DNA of 64,000 nucleotides from Felis catus (Eukaryota). The translations under genes were made by a program, and so were the position numbers. The notes below the pieces were generated by a model. It did not search any database and had not been told where the DNA came from. It saw only the letters and a list, made by a program, of their open reading frames with translations. Positions 45,601 through 57,587 of this stretch are shown one piece after another; position 1 is the stretch's first letter; every line of letters starts with the position of its first letter. The stretch covers positions 118,112,001 to 118,176,000 of the forward strand of contig NC_058373.1 in the NCBI RefSeq assembly GCF_018350175.1. Direction: 5' to 3'.

Positions 45601-48600
45601 AAGTTAAGAGTTGGACGCTTAACTGACTGAGCCACCCAGGCACCCCTAGATTTTTATGCGTGAACATGATTTGGATTTTCAATTCTACATTTTATAAAAA
45701 CTGCTTTCTATAGCATAATACCCTACAAATGAAATGTAGAATTTTTTTTTTAATAGATTCTATAAAATAGCTTACAATTTTGTTTCTTCGTATGCTCAAG
45801 TTTCATTACCATATGTTGAAGATTATATTCAGGGAGTAAATACTATATGTGGCATACTGTATGTGCTTTTTGCAAGGATAAGTCCTTAATCTGACTTGTT
45901 TCAAGAGTAAAGGATAGAATATATCTAATGTTATTTAAATTAAATATATCAAGTACATGAGAATTATAATATTCAAGTGATATGGATGAGAAAAATCTAT
46001 TTCCCAAGAAAGGAGGAGGGGCTAACAAATACGACCTTTTAAGGGGGTAACCTAACATTACCCACATGTTAATTTTGTACACTTTGTCTTCAATTTTCTC
46101 ACAGGCAAAAGAAGCTAAACGACTAAAAGAATTCTTAGAAGATTATGACGATGATAGAGATGATCCCAAATATTACAGGTAAATAAGCCTTGCTTTATGA
46201 GCTCATCTTTCAGTATTAGCCTTATGTTCCCTACCAGAGCAGACAGGTTCACTCAGTGGGATAATAAAGAAAACCTGCATGTTCTACCTTGTAATCACCC
46301 CCATATTTGATATGTTGTTTTGGGGAGTACAGGGGAGAACTGTTGGAAAGAGATCAACAATTCTATCTTTTTGGGGGGGTGTCCATAATAGTATTAAAAC
46401 CGCTTAATTTTTTTCATGCGTTTTAAAGAGGTCCAGTTTTTATAACAAGTTATAACTAGTTTTTGTTTTTTAAATTTTTTTAACATTCATTTTTGAGAGT
46501 GAGACAGAGCATGAGTGGGGGAGGGTCAGAGAGAGTGGGATACACAGAATCAGAAGCAGATTCCGAGATGTCTGTACAAAGCCCGAGGCGGGGCTCAAAC
46601 ACAGGGACCATGAGATCATGACCTGAGCTGAAGAAGTTGGACACTTAACCCACTGAACCACCCGGGCGCCCCAATAGCTAGTAATAACTATTTAAGGTGG
46701 TCTAAAAATTTTTGTCTTCAAGGATTTCAAGAATGTTACAAAGCCAACCAAACACCATCCCATCCGCTGCCCAATTGACGTATTTTTCTGAAGTGAGGGT
46801 TGTAAAGCCTACCTTTCCTCCTCCTGTAAAGTCATGTTCCCATGGCATTTCTAAACTACTCTTATTTTAGGGGCGCCTGGGTGGCTCAGTTTAGGGTCCG
46901 AATTCAGCTCGGGTCATGATCTCACCGTTCGTGGGTTCGAGCCCTGCATTGGGTTCTGTGCTGACAGCTCAGAGCCTGGAGCCTGCTTTGGGTTCTGTGT
47001 CTCCCCTGCTCTGTGCCCTCCCCCACTTGTGCTGTCTCTTTCAAAAGTAAACATTAAAAAATAATAATAAACTACTCTAATTTTAGTGCTGTGACAGTAG
47101 TGTAAATTTGTTTGCTTTGTTCCCCTTCCTCCATCCCAAACTATAATTTCCCTGAAACTATGGACAATATTGTGATTTTTTTTTTTTTTTAATCTCATGT
47201 ACCTGACGTGATCCAGGCATGTAGGGAAGGCATTTAATGTGTAATTTTAATATACTCACTGCACATAATTAAAACATTGGAATTAACAATTTTTTTTTTT
47301 ACATTTTATTTATTTTTGATAGAGACAGAGCACAAGTGGGGGAGGGGGGCAGAGAGAGACAGAGACACAGAATCCAAAGCAGGCTCTAGGCTCTGAGCTG
47401 TCAGCACAGATCCCAATGCGGGGCTTGAACTCACATACTGAGAGATCATGGCCTGAGCCCAAGTCGGACGCTTAACTAACTCAGCCACCCAGGTGCCCCT
47501 GGAATTAGCAACTTAAGTGCACACCAAGGATTTGACTTTTTAGAAAAGGGGAAAAAAGTCAGTAAATTATTGAATTGTAAAATCAGTATTACAGAATTTC
47601 AACATTCTGGGATATATAATAAACTGCTGGGTAGGGAGAATCTCTTGTTTTCTGTTGATTCTGCACTACTTCCTTCTAGGATGTTTTCCATTATGGAAAG
47701 AATTGATTTAAATTGAAGATAAAGAACGGGGCGACTGGGTGGCTCAGTCGGTTAAGCCTCTGACTTCAGCTCAGGTCATGATCTCATGGTTCGTGGGTTC
47801 GAGCCCTGCATCAGGCTCTATGCTGACTGCTCAGAGCCTGGAGCCTGCTTCGGATTCTGTGTCTTCCTCTGTCTCTGCCCCTCCCCCACTCACGCTTTGT
47901 CTCTTTCTCTTAAAAATAAACAAACATTAAAAAAAAGAACTATTCTTCATGGTATTACTACTCCTTGTATTAATTTTTCACAACTTGGCATCCAAAAGAA
48001 CACAAGTTATGTGTCAGGGTTTCTCTCTGTAATAAGTACAAAATGAGAGCTTTCTTTCATCTGAAAACTGCTTTTCTACTTGTTTTAGATACTTATTTAA
48101 AATGACTTGAGGCATCTGAGTGGCTCAGTCAATTAAGTGCTGACTCTTGATCTCAGCTCCGGTCGTGATCACATGGTTCCTGAGATCGATCCCCGAGTAA
48201 GCACTGAGCCTGCTTGTGATTCTCTCTCTTCCTCACACACTGCCCTTTCTCTGCTCTTGCGCTCATGTTCTCTCCCTCTCAAGATAAACTTAAAAATGAA
48301 CAAATAAATAAAATGACTTAAGAATGAGTCATGGTGGTAAATGAGAAGACAATGTTTCCTTATTAAACATTACCAGGTAGCACATTGTCTTGGGTGTTGG
48401 TGTTCTGCAGATAAAGAACAGTAACACATTTTTCATTCTTTTATCATATAGCTTTTAGTATTTAAAGAAGATACTTCTGGAGAAGATACTTCTGTTAGGT
48501 TTATTGGCTGATGTGAATGTTAAGGCCTGTTATGTTTTACTTTTGCAGAGGAAGCGCTCTTCAGAAAAGATTGCGTGATAGGGAAAAGGAAATGGAAGCA

Positions 48601-50254
48601 GATGAACGGGACAGGAAAAGAGAGAAGGAAGAGCTAGAGGAAATCAGGCAGCGCCTTCTGGCTGAAGGACACCCGGATCCAGACGCAGAGCTCCAGAGGG
48701 TGAGATAATATAACATTCACAACAGTATTCTTATAAGGGAGATGCAGCTTATGTTTCATGTATCTTGCTGGTTTTGGGGAGAATATTGTCTTTTTCTTTA
48801 TTCTATCATACAAATCACCAGTGTTAGTTGATTTACAATTTTAATTCTAAACATCTTCCAGCTGTTTTCTTCCTTAATTTCTGTGAATATTACCTAAGTT
48901 AAAGGAATGTCATCTAAGAAAACATTTATAGAAATCTGTCCTTCCTGTAATGTGCGTTGACACTTCCTGACTTTTGTGGGTTGAGTTCCTTCTCTCATTG
49001 CCACCTGAAATCTTTTATTTCTTAAATAAATTGAAGATGTTTTCATGAACAACTTTTCACTTTAAAAGGAAAACAGGGGTGCCTGGGTGGCTCAGTCAGT
49101 TGAGCATCTGACTTTGGCTCAAGTCATGATATCACAATTTGCGAGTTCAAGCCCCATGTCGTGCTCTGTACTGACAGCTCACAGCCTGGACCCTGCTTTG
49201 GATTCTGTCTCCCTCTCTCTCTCTGCCCTTTCCCCACTCATGCTCCATCTCTTTCTCTCAAAAATAAGTAAACATTAAAAAGAGAAAAACATTTTAAAAA
49301 AGAGGAAATGACTTTGTTATAGGACATAGCATATCCCTTTCTTTTAAGAATAGAGTGTGTTGGGCACCTGGGTGGCTCCATCAGTTAAGCATCTGACTCT
49401 TGATTTCAGCTCAGGTCATGAGCCCAGGGTTGTCAGATCGAGCCCTGTGACCTGATCCGCACAGGGCGTGGAGCCTGTTTGAGATTTTCTTTCCCTCTAC
49501 AGCTGGTGTTCTTTCTCTCTTTAAAAAAAAAAAAGAAGAACAGTGTGTCACTTTAGAAAAGTGCTTAGTTCTTAATATATTATGAAGCTAATAGTATTGT
49601 AAACTTTTTTTTAATGTTTATTTTGAGAGAGTGCATGAGCAGGGGGAGGGGCACATAGAGAGGAGAGCTAGAATCCCAATCAAGCTCTGTGGTATCAGCG
49701 TGGAGCCCACTCTAGGCTCGAACTCACAAACTGTGAGATCATGACCTGAGCCGAAATCAAGAGTCAGACGCTTAATCAACTGAACCACCCAGGCGCCATG
49801 ATTTGTGGTTGCTTTTTAAATGTCATCACACTGGCATATATATATCCTACTCAGATAAGTTTTGTAAATGGGATTATAATTTACATGCTATTTTCTAATG
49901 TGCCTTTAAATAGAGTATAATCCACCAGAATTTTGCCAGTGTATAGCCTTTATGTCTTTTTTTTATACCTTGACCATCGTAGTGTATTGTTAGTCTTTTA
50001 AGTCCTTACTATTGTAACATTCAGATTAGGTGTGTTTTTATGTTTTGATTCTCTGTCAGTGAGTTTGAATGCCTTACATTGTTTAGTTGTCATTGTCCTA
50101 CTTTGTGAGTTGATAGTTTTATGGCGTTGAGTCATGTCATGTACCAATTATTAATTGTTACATAGTTAAGGATCTTTTTGCCCTGTTTTTCTGTTTCATG
50201 CTTAGAGAAATTATTGATCTATTCACTCAAGTTTTTATAATGCTTTTAATGGTT

Positions 50255-50299
<45 letters not shown>

Positions 50300-53200
50300 T
50301 CTTTCATGATTTCAGGGAGAGTGTTCATTTTGACATATAGGCTTTATTTTTATTTATTTATTAAAGTGTGGGTTGGGGAGGGGAAGAGAGTCTTAAGCAG
50401 GCTCAACTCCCAGCTTGGAGCCCGATGCAGGGCTTGATCTCATGACTGTGAGATCATGACCTGAGTTGAAAGCAAGAGTTGGACACTTAACCAACGGAGT
50501 GACCCAGGTGCTCTGTTAATAGGCTTTTAACTCCAAAAAATGTTCCCCATTTTTTTTTTTTTTATATGTTTAGATTTGAGAGAGGGAGGGCAGAGAGAGA
50601 TGGAGATAGAATCTGAAGCAGGCTCCGGGCTCTGAGCTGTCAGCACAGAGCCCAACGTGGGGCCTGAACTCACGAGCCGTGAGATCATGACCTAAGCTGA
50701 AGTCAGATGCGGAACCAAATGAGCCACCCGGGCGCCACCCTCCCCATTTCTTTTCCTGTTCGTGAATACAAAAGTGACTACCGCCCTTAGCCATGACCTA
50801 GAAAGAACAAATAAAAAATCTTTTAAGATTTTATTTTTAATTGATCTTTACACCCACTGTGGGGCTCAAACTTACAACCCCAAGATCAAGAGTTGCATGC
50901 TATACCGACTGAGCCAGCCAGGTGCCATAGAACAAATGAGTTATGACCAAGCTAGGGTTTGAGTTCCCTCTTATGTATTATCTATACTGTTGTAAAATAA
51001 AACTTTGGGGGGTGCCTCGGTGGCTCAGTCAGTTGGGCGTCTGACTCTTGATTTTAGTTCAGGTCCTGATCTCATGGTTGGTGAACTTGAGCCCCGCGTC
51101 AGGCTCTGCACAGCGCATAGCCTGCTTGGGATTCTCTCTCCCTCTTTCTTTGCCTAACCCCTCCAGTTCTCTCCCTTTCTCTCTCCCTGTCTCTCAAAAT
51201 AAATAAACATTTAAAAAAAAATGAAACTTTGAGCTATAATTTCTTTAACAAAAATATATAAACTTATCTTTTCATTTTGAATTAGCCACCTGTTATGTAT
51301 TTACCTTTGTTTTATCTGAAGGGTATAAGTAACTGTATATATAAATGTTAAAAATGAAAAAACATTTTGCAGAGTACCTAACATACAGATTTATGAAGCT
51401 TTCTGATTATAGAAGCAAGCAGTGTTTCATTATTCCTAGTGAGAAAAAGATTTTTTTGAAAGATAATATAAAATAAAAAGCTGGTTGAGTATAGTTGTGA
51501 TCTGTTAAAGTTAGTCACGTTATCTTTTGGTTTTAGATGGAACAAGAGGCTGAAAGGCGCAGACAACCACAAATAAAGCAAGAACCAGAATCAGAGGAAG
51601 AGGAAGAAGAAAAGCAAGAAAAAGAAGAAAAACGAGAGGAACCCATGGAAGAGGAAGAAGAGCCAGAGCAAAAGCCCTGTCTCAAACCAACTCTGAGGCC
51701 CATCAGTTCTGCCCCATCTGTTTCCTCTGCCAGTGGCAATGCCACTCCCAACACTCCTGGGGATGAGTCTCCTTGTGGTATTATTATTCCTCATGAAAAT
51801 TCACCAGATCAACAACAACCTGAGGAACATAGGCCAAAAATAGGACTAAGTCTTAAACTGGGTACGTTAGCATTTTCTTCCTTCTTTCCTTTATTTTCCC
51901 CCCCTGTATACACTTAAATTTTGCCTTAAGGAAAAAACATAAGTAATGTGCTGCTTGGTAGGTAGATAGAAAAATACTCAAAAATGCTTTTCTAGCTCAC
52001 GATTGTTTTCGTAGTTCTACTAGTGCTCCTATATCTGCAGCTGCCTCAAGTTCTGAGAAGAAGTGAAAAGTTAAATTTTCTAGCACTTGTGAGTAGTGAG
52101 TTATTTTTTACAGTTGGGATCTTTCTCTGAGATTTGTGAAAGTATATTATGCAATGCTCTTGAGGGATGGTGGGTTGTAAAATGAAATGAAAGTTGAAGA
52201 AGTCATCATGCTAATATAGAATTTTTACTATAGGTGCTTCCAATAGTCCTGGTCAACCTAACTCTGTGAAGAGAAAGAAACTCCCTGTAGATAGTGTCTT
52301 TAACAAATTTGAGGATGAAGACAGTGATGATGTACCCCGAAAACGGAAACTGGTTCCCTTGGATTATGGTGAAGATGATAAAAATGCTGCCAAAGGCACC
52401 GTAAACACTGAAGAAAAGCGCAAACACATCAAGAGCCTCATTGAGAAAATCCCTACAGCCAAACCTGAGCTCTTTGCTTATCCCCTGGATTGGTCTATTG
52501 TGGATTCTGTGAGTAGCAAATTGTATTTCATTTTTATTGGAAGTAGTTTTTGATCATAGCATACAAACTCAGTTGATTCTATTAATGCCAAATACCGATG
52601 ATAATTTGGCTGGCATCTTGACCTGCCAAGGAATTTAGGTAGACGATTCAGGAAATTCTTGGTGGTACTTAAAGTCTTCATAAACTTTCAGAAGCAAGTA
52701 ATTGTATCTTGATACCTACCTGTCTTAGTTCAACTTGTGAATGATAGCATGCTATATTTTAGTCTTATGAAAAATCACTAACATATTAGACTTTTTAGTA
52801 AATGTAATAAAAAGTTCTTTTAATTGAGTAACCATGCTTTATTTTGCAGATATTGATGGAACGACGGATTAGACCATGGATTAATAAGAAAATTATAGAA
52901 TACATAGGTGAAGAGGAAGCTACATTAGTTGATTTTGTTTGTTCTAAGGTTAGTCTTTTACTCCCTCCATCCCCAACATTTGTGTTATCTTTGAAATATT
53001 AGACACTTTCAGGGTGCCTGGGTGGCTCAGTCAGTGGAGCATCTGACTTCAGCTCAGGTCATGATCTCACGGTTTGTGGGTTCAAGCCCTGCATTGGGCT
53101 CTGTGCTGACGGTTCGGAGCCTGGAGTCTGCTTCAGATTCTCTGTCTCCCTCTCTTTCTGCCCCTCCCCCACTCACGCTCTGTCTCTCTTTCTCAAAAAT

Positions 53201-56200
53201 AAACAAACATTAAAAAATAAAATAAAATAAAATATTAGACACTTTTTAAAATAAAAAAGTCTTGCAAAATTAAGTCTATGGTAGTTTCAGGTAAGAGATT
53301 TCATGGCCTCCACCCTATCTCATACCCTTATGCCATATGCTTTCATTTCAGAGGGTCAAGGAGAACAGATTTGCTGACTGCTGCCACTTTTGCTCTCTTC
53401 TGCCCCCAAGAATGCCTTGCCACCACCTTCTTGTCTTAACAGTTAGAATGCTGCTGAAGTACAGTTGAGGAAGCTTTTTTTTTTTTTTTTTTAATGTTTA
53501 TTTTTGAAGAGACAGCACGAGCAGGGAAGGGAAGGGGCAGAGAGAGAGGGAGGGAGACACAGAATCTGAAGCAAGCTCCAGGCTACAAGCTGTTAGCACA
53601 GAGCCCGATGTGGGGCTTGAACACCTGAAACATGAGATTATGACCTGAGCTGAAGTCAGATTGCATAACTGCCTGAGCCACCCAGGCACCCCAAGTTGGG
53701 GAGGTTTTTGTGGAGACAGCTGATAGGTTATCTCATCAGTTTGTCAGTCATCCATCCTTAGAAAGAGGAGCAAAATAGTTTCCTTCATAGAATGATAATG
53801 GTCCTTTTTATTGATTGATTTGCTGTGTGCCGAGCTGTGTTCTTTGCAGGTACTGTGTTAAGCATCTTAATGGGAGTTTATGTTCTTTAAGCCTCCCAAC
53901 AACCTTAGGAAGTATAAATTACTATTGTTATCTCCATTTTATACATGAAGAAATTGAGGCTTAGGGGGAGATTGTATTTTGACCATGGTTACATAGTAAG
54001 AGCCAAGTCTGTATAACTTGTAGTTTTAATACTCTTAACCACCAACGTATACTACATCCTTCCGTTGTCTCCTGGAGGCAAAGCTTTACTATTGTTAATA
54101 AGCAGTTATTATAGTAGAAGCACTATATTTCTGTAAAGGAATAACCAATTACATTTCAAGGAGGTGCTTATTTTTCTACCACTACTGTTCTAGCAAACTT
54201 AGGCTGCCCTTTCCACTTGTAATTATTGTAGCACTGAAATTTGTACTCCAGATTTGAATTAGAACACATAGTATAATGATCGAGATCCCAAGTTCTGGTG
54301 GAAAACTTCCATTGAAGAGAGTGGGGTTCTGGGAATTAAGAAATTTATAGAAAGTTTCTTTAGTCACAAGGAATTCCCATATTAGTTTGAGGGCACTTTA
54401 AACATTTCTTGACTATATTGCTAATTTTGAATTCATTTTCAAAATGATGATTATTTGTTTCTTTTAGGTTATGGCTCATAGTTCACCTCAGAGCATTTTA
54501 GATGATGTTGCCATGGTAAGTCACATTTATTATTACTACTCTAATCAATATCTGTAAACAGACTAATCTTCTCTGTATTTGGTTAAATTTTTACCTTTGT
54601 TGGTTCCAGAATCTATCTTTTTAGAAGTCTGAATTAAAATGTGAATCTACATTAAAAGAAGTTAAAAAGTACTCACGTCAAGATGTCATTAGACAACATT
54701 AACAGTCTTCTCTCCCTCCCTTGCCTTTGTTGTTTGTATGTATCATAAATATAAATCCTGGATCTATCCATACCTTTAGAAAACATTAAGTGCTTACTGG
54801 GTCTGTTCTTAAAGAAGTAGCAGGGAGATAGGTATACTAATTCGGATACTATAATATACTTGTTATCATGGGGGTATGTAAAAAAAAGATGTGGGGACAG
54901 AGGAGATGGAGCAGTTAGGACAAGCATCACAGGAATTACCATCTAAACTGAGACTTGAAGGGGTGCTTGGGTGGCTTAGTTGTTTGGGTGTTCGACTTCG
55001 GTGTAGGTCACGATCTCACGATTCATGAGTTTGAGACCCGCATCAGGCTTGCTTCTGTCAGTGCAGGGCCCAGTTCGGATCCTCTGTACTGTGTCTCTCT
55101 GTCCACCCCCATTCCCCTCTTGTTCTCTCTCTCTCTCTCAGAAATAAATTTTAAAAACATTAAATAAATAAAATAAGCAGACTTGGAAAGACTTCTGTAA
55201 CTTTTGTCACTTGGACAGGTAGTAGTTAAACTCAAGTCCGACTTACATGTAATTTGAATATTAGAATCAGGTCAGTAGTTGCATTTATTTCACATTGTGA
55301 TTTTGTGAGAAAAGAAAGGAGGAGCAGAACTGATGGTGGAAGTGAGAATGGTTGAATGGACTGTGAAATCCAAGCTAGGAAGAGAAGGCAGTGACATCGG
55401 AATGAAGCTGGTGGTTGCATGAATGAAGGGCTGGTGGTTCCAGTGACACTGTGGGAAGAGCGGTTATAGTGAAAGAGTAGAATGTTTAAGAAAGAAGTGA
55501 TGTATTCAGACAATCAGACAAGTGATCCAGACAATGGTGTGTTGCAAATATTGCCATGAGAGACAGTTTCTGGGGTCAAGCTGATGTCCTGGTTTAGACT
55601 ATACGTGAATTTTCTGCCTGGGTCATACACATAGAAGTGGAAATTCCTGTGTGTTTGGACAGAGATTGAAGAGAAATATAGGAAGCAAAGCTAGAGTGTT
55701 CCATCTGTTGTGAGTGGAAGACTAGGTATTTGCTAGATGGCTGTTATCGGAGTGGGAGGTAGCGTAGTGAGAGCTCGTGAACCTCGGTCAGAATAATGTT
55801 TGCAAAAAGAAACAGGGAGGCCCCAGCAGCTTCCCCTCTCTGAGACTAAGGCTTCGAAAGTAAGGAACTTCCTGAGAAGGCTACAGGAATGTCAGGGTCT
55901 TTCAGGGACACACCAGGTTTACAGTTAAGGTGAATAGGTGAAAAAACTAATTAAAGAATTTGAGAGTAGTTAGTATAAAGAGTAATGGAGTCCAAAAGGC
56001 AGAGTGGGAAGGCAGGAGTAGAAAGATGAGTCGGGGAAGAAACACCAAGCATGTTCTTAGATGACAGGTCCCTGGAATAGCTCATATTTCTAGCTGCAGA
56101 GTTGTCAGGAAAGGGCGTAGGGGGTGCCTAACCAAAGGGAGTTCTCAGGTCGAGCTCCTTTGTGTCTGGGCACTATATGATGTCTAAAGCCAGGTAACAT

Positions 56201-57533
56201 TAGTTTTCTGTTATCCAGCCAGCCTGATGGCAGCTGTTGTTTAGAATTTTTGATAAAGTATTTGTGAAAAGCTTGTTGACTTCATAATGCTGATCCTCAG
56301 ATGAAAGGAGAAATGTGAATAGATCCCTCCTTGGGGATAGATAGAATCTGAATTTCCCTGACCTTCAGGCCTCTTCAAAAGGTTATCCTTGGGGTTGAGA
56401 GAGGGATTTTATAGTTGGGTCTGAGTTAAGGAATTAAAACAAACAATGTTCTAGGGGTGCCTGGCTGGCTCAGTCAGAAGAGCATGTGACTTTTGATCTC
56501 GGGGTTTGCAAGTTTGAGCCCCACATTGGGTGTAGAGATTATTTTAAAAACAAAAAAACTGTTGTAGTATTTGGCCTTGGCAGAGTTGCAATCTCTGTCA
56601 GAGAAGCTGTCGTGTCAGTGTCCATCCATTTTGATCTGTTGAAATATTTTGATATTTGGAGTATAATTAGGCGCTTTTTTTTTTTTTAAAGTTTATTTAT
56701 TTTGAGAGATAGCGAGCATGAGCATGAGTTGGGGAGGGGTAGAAAGAGAGGAAGAGAGAGAATCCCAAGCAGGTTCTGCAGTGTCAGCATGGAGCCTGAT
56801 GCAGGGCTCAAACCCATGAACTGTGAGATCATGACCCAAGTCAAAATCAAGATTTGGATGGTTAATCCCCTGAACCACCCAGCTACCCCCGGAGTATAAT
56901 TAGACTCTTTACTGGTCAATTATTTATGTTGTTTTAATTTTCTGGCTCATTGTTGATCAGAGTAGGAAGCAGCTAATTGAGCTAGTTTTGTCAATTGGTT
57001 CTGCAAAAGCTCACCCTCTAAATATTTCCTGAATAAACGCAATTGAATTTTTTTTAGCTCAAGTAGTATTTTGTTCTTATTAAAAATCTGGCTTTTTCAA
57101 ACTGTACCTTTCCTCATTATACATAAACTAATGAACTTTGATTGTATTTTGTACCTAGTTCTATATTATTTCTAAGGTATATTTTTCACATTGATTAGTG
57201 TTGGTGCACATTTCTCTTAAACTGTGGGACAAGTCTGGCTCATAGGAGTCTGACTAAGTTTTCTTCTTCTTATTTTTTTTAAGAATTGACTCTTTGGGGC
57301 ACCTGGGTGGCTCAATTGGTTGGGTATTTGACTTTGGCTCAGATCATAATCTTGCATTTTGTCAGTTCGAGCCCCGTGTTGGGCTCTGTGCTGACAGTGT
57401 GGAGCCTGCTTGGGATTCTCTCTCTAGCCCCCTCTCTGCCCCTGTCCCACTCTCTCAAAACAAACAAACAAACAAAAGAACAGAAGTATTTTTAAAATAA
57501 ATTTTTTTTGTATTTTAGGGTGGGATAGGGAAG

Positions 57534-57587
<54 letters not shown>

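Noticed and set aside
48466..48494. 14-bp duplication agaagatacttctg upstream of exon 13; similar short duplications and a 10-bp stem at 6613-6653 and 36848-36890
   Set aside because: Ordinary slippage-scale events in AT-rich intron.
20900..53296. Other AG|GTAA motifs (20910, 53290)
   Set aside because: No convincing partner site, and the introns are short for recursive splicing.
7830..55177. AATAAA in the tails of sense-strand SINEs as intronic terminators
   Set aside because: This is a generic SINE feature, and no particular copy can be singled out from sequence alone.
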